Source of the DNA: Octopus vulgaris
Taxonomy: Eukaryota
Direction of reading: 5' to 3'
Length of the DNA stretch: 64,000 nucleotides
NCBI GenBank assembly: GCA_951406725.2
Contig: OX597835.1
Coordinates: forward strand, 25,234,001 to 25,298,000
The first letter of the stretch is position 1. The number at the start of each line of letters is the position of its first letter. Below, piece after piece: positions 1 through 12,500 of this stretch. The notes beneath the pieces were generated by a model that worked only from the letters and a program-made list of their open reading frames with translations, made no database searches and had not been told where the DNA came from. The translations under genes and the position numbers were made by a program.

Positions 1-1240
1 GCATTTTACGTGCCACATATAAAAAATATCCAAATGTATCCCTGCTGTTTCCATCACTAATAAAAGCTTATGCAAAAACACACACACACAAAAGACGCAA
101 ATCATGACACAAAAGACTAATCTCTCAGCCACCAACTGTTGAATGGCCCCATAAATACATTAAATTTAAGATTTTTTAGAAAAGGTAGTTTGATTCCTAC
201 AAGGAGCACATCAGCAATCCAATCCTGTCATAGATGAATATTCATTAACCCTTTGGTATTTAAACTAGCAATATCTGGTCGAAATATTCAATCTGTTTTT
301 ATGTTCAAACTGGCCAGATCCAGCCTCTCACATCTCGGTTACAATGTCATTGTAGAAAATAAACATTTACATCACTGAAATTTCAAACATACAAGATAAT
401 GCAGGATTAATTCAAAACAATGTAAGTGAATCAGCACTGTGGTTGAGAGAGTAATCTGAATGCTAAAGGATTAACATAATCTATCCAAATCTAAATTAAA
501 TACTTGGCAACATTCAACTCTCCAACTTCACTCGTACTCGACTACTGTTGTACACCATCAAAGTCAAAGTGAAATGCAATCCCAATGTACCTAATATCCC
601 AGCGCTACACTTCATCCACGTCCAAATGACATCCTCCATCAATACACCTGGATGTGGTAGCTTCACACCACCACATCCAGGCAAAACATACCATCTACAT
701 CCAAGTGCCATACTCCACTTACATCCATGTTCCACACCTTGTCCCTGTCCAACCAAGTATCACATTCTACCCATATCTGAGTACCTTACACTAATTACAT
801 CCAAGAATCAGACACTAAAACCCACATCAAAGTTCCCCACACCACCCACATCCAAGTGTCACACCCTACCCATATCCAAGAGCCATACGCCTCTTATAAC
901 TAAAATACCATACACTATCCCCATCAGCATGTCATACCCAACTTTCAGAGATAAATCCTAAAAGAAAGAAACCCCCCACCCCACCGAATGACCTTACAGC
1001 AAAAATAAAAATGCACTCCCCAAAAATCACCAGCAACTAAGAATTTTAAACACAGACCATTCAGGGGCAGAAAATACCCCAACAGAAAATACGCCTTCAC
1101 AAAACCAAAATAACAATCAGCTAAAATGAGATGCTACCTTGAACTAATTAGATTAATAATTAATGTTAAAGATAAAAAAAAAAAAAAAATTATATATATA
1201 TATATAAATATATACATATATATGGGTGTAACCAACTCAC

Positions 1241-1267
1241 CTGTTAATGACTTCAGCTTGCAAAATT
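1241..1267 (-). CDS. XPO7: Candidate 27-nt in-frame XPO7 microexon (R)ILQAEVIN(R)
   Basis: CCCTAAC branch-like motif, the first AG after it, a stop-free phase 2/2 exon and a CAG|GTGAGT donor; no transcript evidence. Confidence 0.4.
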
Positions 1268-2717
1268 CTTCAAAGCCAGGTAGAAGTATTTCATAACAAA
1301 ACAGTTAGGGGAGGAGTCATACGCTCTCACAGTAGACAACAAGAAATGTATTTAATTACTTGTGATGAGGTCAATGACAGAGCTGATGATGGACAGTTTT
1401 GTAGCACGAAGAGAGAGAACCTGCACATCTTTACTACCACAACTCCTAGCACCGATCATATCATCATAAATATATTAGAACAATTTCAAATTATACAAGC
1501 TAACTTGCACTTCATAATGATTTACAGATAATTTCAACCAGAGGTTTTTCAGCAAACCCCTAAATATAAAACCATGACTTCAATCAAGCCTTTTTGTACT
1601 TCCATACTTTTCAACTTTGTTTGCTTGTAGGTCTATGATGATGCCCCACCACAATATTTAACAGTATTCACACTATATCTCTTCATATATGATGATCCCA
1701 GCTCAAAGTTTCCCCCAGCCTAATCCTTAAGGAGAAAAGACAATCCCTTCCAGACATACAGACTTTATATTTTCACCCAATCTGTCTGTTTTCTTAGTTT
1801 ATCAGAACAGCCATCCCGCTCCTATTACAAAGCTGCAATACTAAAGAGAAGCAGCTTTAACAAAGAAATGGTTTATAAAGAATACCCTACTAGAAAGAGG
1901 GATATCATATGGTCCGACCCACCACATAGTATGAATCTAAAAACCAACATAGCTGGATACACATATTCCAGTTATATTTACATCTAGCATTCTATAAACT
2001 GAAGCTATATCAAAACTAGGTATTGTTGTTTGAATGTTGCCTTAAAGATGACAAAATACAATTGAGCACTACACAAACATCTGCACTCTTAATGTAGTTC
2101 CCAGGGAGATTCAGCATGATGCAGAATTACAGGTACAACATATTTTTGAAGTATCTTTTTCAAGGACACACTGTGCTGCCAGGAATCGAACTCACAACCT
2201 TATGATCATGAGCTGAATATCCCTAACCACGCCCTTAACATAATGAAATATATTAGACACTAATTTCAAATTATACCCAAGCTATACTTGCACTTCATAA
2301 TGAGTTTACCTTTAAGAGCAGATTCAACCAGCACACCTACTTCAGGATCAGAGAGAGAGTCAACACCATTTTTCTGTAACTGTGTTTGGAAACTAAAGGA
2401 CAGAATTGAAAATATCCCTGACCTTGGAGCCTACTAAATACTGCATCTCTGGATAACAATGAGGCAAAGATTTTTTTTTTTTCTAGTTTCAGCTCAGAGC
2501 TGCAGCCATGCTGATGCACCGGTACATCTTTTACTTTTTACTTGTTACAGTTATTAAAATGTGGCCATGCTGGGGCACTGCCTCAAAGGGTTTAATCAAA
2601 CAAACTGACCTTAGTACATATTTTTTAAGCCTGGTACTTATGCCCTTTTGCAAAAACCGCTATGTTCGAAGGATTTAAACAAACTAACACCAGTTGTCAA
2701 GTGATGGTAGGGGACAA

Positions 2718-2748
<31 letters not shown>

Positions 2749-3606
2749 CGATGGGCTTTCACACAGTTTCCATCCAACCAAATTCACTCACAAGGCGTTG
2801 GTCTGCTCAGGACTATAGTGGAAGGCACTAGCACAAGGTGTCAAACAGTGGGACTGAACCTGAAACCATATGGTAGCAAAAGAAGTATCTTAACCATTCA
2901 GCCATGGCTGCACCTGGAGGAAAATGTTACTACTTCATCATAAAATCCTGGTCATTGGACAGAAAGGACGAAATTTTGAATCCCTGCAACAATTCTGTAA
3001 CCTTTTTGTCACCGCATTTCCTTTGAAACAACTTCATTTCAATAAATTTTAAAATTAATGGAGAATTTCATAAAATAACGTTGTCATTATTAATCTGGCA
3101 TAAACTAATATGGTATTTTGATAGAACATATCAATTCGCATTACTTCATAACAGGAAGTTTGTTCATAGAACCAAGGACGGGCACACATGGGTCGGTGCT
3201 GAAACGGTTTCGCAATGCTTGCAAGGTAGTGTTCTTGGCTTCAAATGAGAGTGACCTCCCTTCGACTGTTAGAAAATCGTCAAACAGACAAAATGGATTA
3301 ATCATCTCCCTTGAATTTTACTAGTGCCAACCGACAGCAGGAACCAGCCACCATTATCTTGTTTTGTAGCATTTCACAGTCTGAGAGCCTTAACAATCAC
3401 ACATACAGACAAGCAACCTTGAAAAGCTATGGAATGATTGATCGACATTACATAAATAAATAAACGCTACGATATTTCTGCTCTTTTTCTCTTCTTCCTG
3501 CTTGAATTTCGAAATGCAAAAATGTGTTTGTTCATGTGTGTAAATCTATCTATCTATATATATATATATATATCTCCTTAAATCCTTAAAAATGTTTTAG
3601 CCTGAA

Positions 3607-3840
3607 GGTTCAGCAAAGATTTGCTTCATCACATACCGAAGTTTAGAAATAGCAGTCAAAAAACCTTAGCTATTTCTTCTACTTTGAAAAGGACCCCAGA
3701 AAAACCAAAGTACTTGAAAACAAGTACTTTTCAAGTACTTTGGTTTTTCTGGGAGTCCTTTAAAGTAGAAGAAATAGCTAAGGTTTTTTGACTGCTATTT
3801 CTAAACTTCGGTATGTGGTGAAGCAAATCTTTGCTGAACC
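3607..3840. repeat. Long near-perfect palindrome (about 113-bp arms, 7-nt spacer)
   Basis: 3607-3720 is the reverse complement of 3728-3840 with only a few mismatches or indels. Confidence 0.95.
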
Positions 3841-4597
3841 CTAATTATAAAGTATTACTTAAGCTTACCATGAAATGCTCTTTTTCATGCCGAATTCTAC
3901 TTGGTGAAATTATTGATTACTTCGTAATTAATTAATTTTACCCTTTGTTATTATTATCTATATACTTATATATATATATATATACACACACATAGGTGCA
4001 GGTGTGGCCATTGTGGTAAGGAGCTTACTTTCAACCACATGTTTCTGGATTCAGTGCCTGCATGACACCTTGAGCAAGTACCTTCTACTATAGAACCAGG
4101 TTGACTAAAGCCTTGTAAGAGGATTTGGTAGACATTGTGTGTGTGAATGTGTTTGCCCCCAGCACTACCTGACAACCAGTGTCGGTTTGTTTATGTCCCT
4201 GTGACTTAGAAATTCAGTAAAAGAGACTTCTAGAATAAGTATCAGGCTTTAAAAAAAATGTGCAGAGGTTGATTTGTTTGAGAAAAACCCTTCAGGGCAG
4301 TGCCCCAGCATAACTACAGTCCAATGACTGAAACAAGTAAAAGGTAATATATATATTCTTTTAATGGCTTTCACCACTTGACTGTTCTCATACTGGGGTA
4401 GCAGGGCCCTCAAGAGTATAGCCAATGACACCACCTTCCATTCGTTGATAGGTTCTTAATTCATTGACATCAGGAAAGAGAAACGTAAAGTTCACCGTGG
4501 CAGGATTTAAAAAAATTAAATAATAAATATAAAAGACAGTAACCAAATGCCATCAGGTATATTTTGTTCACTTTTGCCAATCTCCCTCTATCGATAC

Positions 4598-4647
<50 letters not shown>

Positions 4648-4964
4648 TTATGTGTATATGTAGGAGAGAGAGAGAGACAGGGGTGTATATAAGAAAATCT
4701 GAAAAGAAACCTGGAAATAAAGAGAGGGAGAGAGAGAAAGGAAACATGGTAACAACAAGGAAAATAAACTAAAGAACGTGGAGAAAGGTAAAAGGAATCA
4801 GACAGGTGTGAAAGTGGTACCAAGTTCAAAATTCAATGTTGTTCCTGTTAAACAGAGAGAGAGAAGGAAAGGGAGATCTCTCAGTGTAATCTGTAAAATA
4901 AAAAAGAGAAAATGTAATTTATATTGGGTGGGGAAAAAGAAGTGGGCAACAAGGCTAGGTTTAC

Positions 4965-5092
4965 CTGTCTCGATTTTTGGTAAGTAAAGATCGTTCAATT
5001 CCCTCCATCAAGTTCTCAAAACATTGTGCCATGGCTGGCTGCTTGTCTGCAGGTTGGCTGGAAATGATGCTGTCTTTCAGTTTATGGAAATA
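4965..5092 (-). CDS. XPO7: XPO7 exon (128 nt) [42 protein letters not shown](R)
   Basis: CAG/GTAAAC, phase 0 to 2. Confidence 0.95.
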
Positions 5093-8000
5093 CTGAAAAG
5101 AGAATAAGAAGAAGGAAATAAGAAAATATGCCAAAATAACAACTACATCTACAAGAAATCAAAATCGTAAACGATCAACATCAATGGAATTTGTAGCTGT
5201 GATTCCAGTGCCGGTGGCACGTAAGAGAACCATCCGAACGTGGCCGTAGCCAGCGCCGCCCTGACTCGCCTCCGTGCCGGTGGCACGTAAAAAGCACCAT
5301 CTGATCGTGGCCGTTTGCAGCTTCGTCTGGCACCTGTGCCAGTGGCACGTAAAATGCACCCACTACACTCACGGAGTGGTTGGCGTTAGGAAGGGCATCC
5401 AGCTGTAGAAACACTGCCAGATCAGACTGGGCCTGGTGCAGCCTTCTGGCTTCCCAGACCTCAATTGAACCGTCCAACCCATGCTAGCATGGAAAGCGGA
5501 CGTTAAACGATGATGATGATCTACAACATTACCAAAACCTTTATTACCATTGGGAACACAACCAATGATGACAATCATCACCACAGCCACTGACATGAGA
5601 CCAGTGGCAGCATCACTGTAGATTTCATTCATAATCAGGGTAGGAGAGGTTTTGGCACAGCTGGTTTGGTGCCACCAATTTGGCATTGTTGATCTGACAC
5701 TGACATGTTTTACATTATAGGGTTTAATATTTCTCTCATCCTTTCCCCCCCTTCCCACTCCATCTTGTTCTCTTTCTCTGTTTTATGCATGTAAGCATAT
5801 TTCTTCTCTTCACGTGTACAAAGCGACAGAAAGTGTTTATGCCAATTATGGTGGCGAGCTGGCAGAAACATTAGCAACGCCAGGCGAAATGCTTAGCGGT
5901 ATTTCGTCTGCCGTTACGTTCTGAGTTCAAATTCCGCCGAGGTCGACTTTGCCTTTCATCCTTTCAGGGTCGATTAAATAAGTACCAGTTACGCACTGGG
6001 GTCGATGTAATCGACTTAATCCATTTGTCTGTCCTTGTTTGCCCTCTCTGGGTAGTAAAGAAATAGGTATTTCGTCTGCCGTTACGTTGTGAGTTCAAAT
6101 TCTGTCAAGGTTGACTTTGCCTTTCATCCTTTCAGGGGTCGATTAAATAAGTACCAGTTATGCACTGGGGTCAATGTAATCGACTTAAACCGTTTGTCTG
6201 CCCTTGTTTGTCCTCTGTGTGTAGCCCCTTGTGGGCAGTAAAGAAATCAGAAAGTGTTTATGCCAATTATGTTCAATTTATAAATTGTAGTGTCACTCTC
6301 TGTCTCACTCACTCTTTCTCTGAGTGTGTGCGCACGCACACATGTGCATGTGTTAGCCTCCAGTGCCGAAACAGACATGTCATCCAATCAGTGGTGCAAA
6401 ACTCCCAGCATCTAAACAACTTCCCCAATCGTCTCAATCAGTCTTAATCACAACCAAAACTATGCAGTCCATCTGTAGCTTCCCACTGTAATCACCACCA
6501 GAACCACAGCTCCTCACCTATCAATCAAGCAACACCTATAGAGCGATTCACTATCAAACCAGTAAGCTAAGATAGAACCAACCAGTTTTTCACACACACA
6601 CAGGTGAGGATGGAGTTGGCTCCTTTGTGGGAACAACTGATTTTACAGCTGAGCCATAAGGTTACACAAGAAATAGATGCCCTGGAGGTGAATAGTATCT
6701 GTTGCTAGATATTTGCTGGAGTAAAAATAGGCTGGGCTTAATTCAATCACCTATTACACTGTGTAACATGATATTTGTTCTTGGGGAGCAACTGTTATTT
6801 CCATGGCCACATTGTGGTCATCACTCTGCGACCAGACATTGTCCTCATGCCTGAGTCTACCAAGCAAGTGGTACTGTTGGAGCTGACTGTCCCATGGGAA
6901 GATCACCGAGAAGAAGCTTTTGAGAGAAAGCTCTCCAAGTACGCGGGTCTGGTCAGTGACTGCCAGCGGGCTGGTTGGAGAGGAAGGTGTCTCCCAGTGG
7001 AGGTTGGATGCAGGGGTTTCGCAGCCCGCTCCCTGACCAGAGCCTTCAGCAGTTTGGGCATCGAGGGAGTGAGAAGGAGGAACGCCATCTGCAGGACCAG
7101 TGATGCGGCAGAAGGGCCTCAAGATTGCTGTGGATCAAAAGAGGAGAGCCATGGGGTAGTTAGCTGGCCATCTGGACACAAGCTGGGGTCTGATCAGCCC
7201 CAGCTGGGTCACCTGGAGGAGAGTGTATAATGTTGAAAGACCCGAAACGCCCGATGATACTAGGCACATCACTAAAGATGTGTCCAGATGCATCAGTCAT
7301 TGATGTATGTACACAGCAACACTGTTTAACATGATTTTTGTCCTTGGGTAACAAATGTTATTTCCTGTTTAATTACCTCTACAAAGTATGAAAAATGGCT
7401 AATATTTCCTTCAAACTTTGCTTTTATTACATTTATTCAAACCCCAAAGAATCCCTCTCAACACATGACTATGATGCTCTCCCACCACTCCTGCTCATGA
7501 TTAGAGATGCACATATTGTCAGCCACTAAGAGACATGCTCAAGGCAAATGACAAGCAAATCTGTGATATTGAGTAGAACATTTGCTATAACGATATTTCT
7601 GCTTCAGCAACTTGGCACTGAATCTATCTGAAATGTAATGTAAAATAGGTCAGATACAAAACATTGATGTTCAGGTCACAAAAGGAAAGTCTGAAGGGAA
7701 TAGTAGTGATTTCCTTTGATTTCTAAATAGAAGCAAATAGGAAATAACACTTACCAACCAAAGACAAAAAAATTTTTTTTAGTTTGTTACAGCGTTATTT
7801 CTCCTGGCAATGAAAGGTCTTTCCCTCTCAGAGTAAAAGGCAGATTGTATGATGTTTGTGCACAAAGAGCAATGCTACATGGTACTAAGACACAAGCCCA
7901 GAAGGTAGAGGACATGTGAAGACTTGAGAGGAATGAAGGTAGTATACACCTGTGCAATATCAGTGCAGATGTGTTAATGTAATGAATGGCAATGCAGGTC

Positions 8001-9535
8001 CAGTGGGGTAAAACAGGAAACAAAGGGGTCCAGAGGTAAAAAAAAAATGGTTGAGAACCACTATTGCACATCACCCCTCCATTACTTTCTGAGCCACTTC
8101 TACACCTCTCATCTTGTCCCCTGCTCACCATACTGACGCTTCCCAAACTACACCTCCACCCTTCTTCATCTCTCACTATACCGTCTATGTACAACTAACT
8201 GCTATGATGTGTTGACCAATTCCAAAGCAAATGACATAGCAACAAACCAAAATGAATTTACTTACATCTTCATTCAGCAAGATAAGGCCCAGGAGAGGCC
8301 GGGACATGGACCACTGATTACGACAGTCTTCAAACATGATAATATTTAGAACGGTTGATAACATCTGAAACAGAACACAACAGACAGTTGAGGTGAGATC
8401 TCTATAAATTACAGTCATTTAATTTTAATCACTCTGGAACGATGAAAAACAAAGATTATCTTAACAGAATTTGAAGCACTGCTAACATAACACACACACA
8501 CATATATAGACATAATCAAGAAATTTTCTCACCTGTTGTAAAATTTCTGGATGGACTTCAAGGATTCTGAGGAATGCTTCACTGTCTCGTATGCTGGTCG
8601 GGTGGTTTTTCTTTTTCTTTCGAGTTAGACGTCGAAATAGATATGTAACAATATTGTCAAGTATTGCACAACAGCCTGTACACACCATAGTGTCTAAATA
8701 TTGCAATTAGAAACACAGAACATGTATATATATATATATGTAATAACAATACATATTGCCAAGTATTACATAACCAAATCAGTACAAACTACACATACCA
8801 TAATGTGATTCATCATCATCATCATTCGTCCGTTTTCGATGCTAGCATGGGCTGGACTGTTCAACTGGGGTCTGGGAAGCCAGAAGGCTGCACCAGGCCC
8901 AGTCTGATCTGGCAGTGTTTCTACAGCTGGATGCCCTTCCTAACGCCAACCACTCCATGAGTGTAGTGGGTGCTTTTTACGTGCCACCTGCACAGGTGCC
9001 AGATGAGGCTGGCAACGGCCACGGGCACTGGTATCACAGCTACAATTTCCATTGATGTTGATCGATTTTGATTTTGATTAGAAATAATAATAATAATCCT
9101 TTTTATTATAAGCACAAGACCTGAAATTTGGGGGACAGGGGTTAAATCGATTACACTGACCCAGAATACAACTGGTACTTATTTCATCAACCCCGAGAGG
9201 ATGAAAGGCAAAGTCGAACTCAGAACATCAAGGTGGATGAAATACTGCTAGGCATTTCACCCAGCGTTCTAATGGTTCTGCCAGCTCAGCACTTTTATAA
9301 TAATAACAATAATGCTTTCTACTATAGGCACAAGGCCTGAAATTTGGGGGAGGGGGACAGTCGATTACTTTGACCCCAGTGTATAACTGATACTTAGTTT
9401 ATCGATCTCGGAGAGATGAAAGACAAAGTTGACCCCAGCAGAATTTGAACTCAGAATGTAGTAGCAGACAAAATACAGCTAAGCATTTCACCTGGTATGC
9501 TAACACTTCTTCCAGCTTGCCACACCACCGCCAAC

Positions 9536-9567
<32 letters not shown>

Positions 9568-12500
9568 AGCAGAAGGTGTTGAGGCCATATACCCCAATGA
9601 AGAGGATTAGCCCGAAAGTGTTCTGTGTCGGTGCCATGTAAATGGCACTCATGCCAGTACCATGTAAGAAGCACTCGTGCCAGTGCCACATTCGCAGGGG
9701 TTGTGCAGGAGGTATGTCAAAAGCACCCAGCACACACTGTAAAGCGGTCAGCATTAGGGAGGGCATCCAGACGTAGAAACCAAGCCAAATCAGACTGGAA
9801 CCTGGTACAGCTTCCAAGTTGTGGTCAAACCATCAAACCCATACCAGCATGGAAAATGGTTGTTAAAGAATGATGATGATGATGAATACAATACTGCCAA
9901 GAATTACATAACCAAGCCAGTACAAACTACGCACACCATAGTGTCTGAATATTGCAATTAGAAATATAGAACATATATATATATATATATATTCCGGCAG
10001 GGGGTGGTGGCGATCCCTGCTGTACTCTTTCGCCACAACTTTTTCTCACTCTTTCTTCTGTTGGCCTGCTTGCTTAGCCAGCGGGGTGGCGTCACTTGAA
10101 GGCTAAAACAATGTGAAGTGCATTGTGATCAGCGATGTGTAACAACATCTGATAGCCTGGTCGGTCACGTGATATATATATACCGTATTTGATGGCCTAC
10201 AAGATGTACCCTAGCCTGGGCTATACTTTTGTAAAATATATTATTACTAAAATAATGTTTTAATTCCTCTACATACCTGTATAACATTGTTACTACCGGT
10301 AATTATAAGCAATTTATTGCATCCACATTCAATATAAAACTAAACAACAATCAGAAAAAACTATAAGACATCCAACAACAACAATATGAACATTAACAAA
10401 ACCTACCTAAAGCAGTTAGTCCCTCAGATATTGTTGAAAGAATGTAGAGAAAGACTTGCGGTTCCAAGTTGCTGATAAACATCATGTGATCTTGAGCAAG
10501 GCATTCTAGCAATGCGTAATAGTTTTGGCTGAGTTTTGGATAATCCTAATATTATAAGAAGAAAAAATTTTTCAAATTAAAAAAAAAAACTTCTATAAAA
10601 CTTGTACAGGTAATATTATGTGTATACTGTAACTGCTTCCCCATTCTGTGAGAGAGAAGCAAGAAATATTTGACCAAGATTACTCAAATGTTAGCAAATG
10701 AAAATAAAAGAAAATAGTTTTTCCGCAATGGCAATTCAAATGTGCAACAAATAAAAAAAAAATGTTTGCCAATTAGTTTGTTTAACAAAGTTCTGACTAT
10801 AGCTGAGGTTTTAATGAATTCAAAGGAGAACAGGAAATTTATTAAAAAGTTTCAATCTCTAGTGTAATGTGCCAATTAAAATGATCAGCAAATGCAAAAA
10901 AGAAAAAAAAAAAGAATCTTGCTTAAGATGACTTGTACAAAAATGAGTGTTCTAACATTTCAGATCTTATGTAAAATATTACAATTCCTCTTTCTTAAAC
11001 CCTTCAACATTCAGATTTTTTTGTCAAATGTATTGCTTATTTATCTCCATTGTTTTGAATGAATCACACATTATTTTGTCGCTTCAAGATTTCAATGGTG
11101 TGTTTGTCTATTTTTAGGGTGACATTGTAGGGTAGGTTTGAGAAGTTGGGTCTGGTCAGCTTTAACATAAAACACGTAGAATTTTTTGGCCAGATTAAAT
11201 GCTAAAGGGTTAAAAGTTAACAAAATATTTTCTTTTACCAATTTCTGCTGTTTTTCTTGCCAATAAAGACCATTGTTATATTCTACTGGTTTAGGCATTT
11301 ATTCTCTCTCTCTCTCTCTCTTTTTAGAAATTTTATGAACTGAGTTTTCTAATATGCACAAAGCTTCCAGAATCTGTTCACATATTTCATAATACTTCAT
11401 TGGTAGTTATTAAACTTTGATATGAATCAACATGTACTTAAATCACTGATATCACACAACTGGTGTGTGATAAACAGTGATATACTGGAAAAAAAAAAAC
11501 ATTTGGTATCAAGTAGTTGTACACACATTTCCTCTCTGTCTCTCTCACATACATAGACACATATACTCGGATCTGATGAAAAGGGGATCACTTACCAAAA
11601 GATCATTCTGTGGTATGGATAATAACAACTTGACAAACATTGCTAAAGCATTATCAAGGGCATCATCACCATAAAGCCTGAACACACCAAAATTTACATA
11701 GTTTCCACACAGGGCTGCCTTCAACATTGAAAAACATATGGAAATTCCTTTTAATGTGGGAGACAAAGAGTTAAGGATAACACAGTGACAGTTTGATAAT
11801 TAAATACACAAGGTATCAGCTGATGTGAAACATTTACTGGTACCATAAAGGTTAGTAGCTCCAAAGACTATAAGAAAACATAAAATCTACAGGACACATT
11901 TCATGAAGGCCAAACCCAATACCTCATTTAACAGCATCCCTAGTCCTAGGGTGCCTTTAGTACTCTACACTCTTCACCAGCAATTATGGCCTTTGTAGGT
12001 ATAGTAGAGATGATGATGATAATAATAATAATAATAATAATAATAAATGTCATGATGCAGTACCAGGCAGTGGCTCTCATGGCTTCTGATCTTAACTGAT
12101 TATATTGTACGTTGTTTTGTCTTGGTATAAAAGATGGGTTACAGCAAATATTTTTCTCAATACCACAGATTTGCTTGTCAGTTGTTTGACTTTAACCAGT
12201 TGAGCATGTCCCTTGGTGGCTGACGATATGTGCATCTCTGATCATGAGCAGAAGTAGTGGGGGAGCATCATAGCCATGTGTTGAGAGGGATTCTTTCGGG
12301 TTTGGACAATTCACCTCTGGAAGCATGGGTGTTTCATTCAACGTCCTTAAACAAACCTTTTTCAGGGACCAGTTGAGTGGGATGGGCTACTCGACCTGAA
12401 AAAAATTCTGATAGGGCCCCACCTGCAAGGTCATGTGCTGTTTATCTTGATATGAGATCACCATGTCATGCACTTATGGTTGTGATGCATGTGCCTCGTG

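Noticed and set aside
548-961. 137-aa Pro/Thr/His-rich ORF
   Set aside because: Degenerate CA-rich tandem repeat (ACATCCAAG-like units), non-ATG start, no recognisable homology
1241-1420. 180-nt exon or terminal exon starting at GTGCAG|G (RFSLFVLQ...stop)
   Set aside because: No polypyrimidine tract and no match to the conserved FTQNL C-terminus; the 27-nt microexon reading fits better
5851-5945. tRNA genes
   Set aside because: A/B-box heads of multi-copy SINEs, not complete cloverleaves
7205-7262. Hammerhead-like CTGGAGGA...ACCCGAAAC in the LINE 3' UTR
   Set aside because: The core does not fit CUGANGA and there is no convincing stem III/UH
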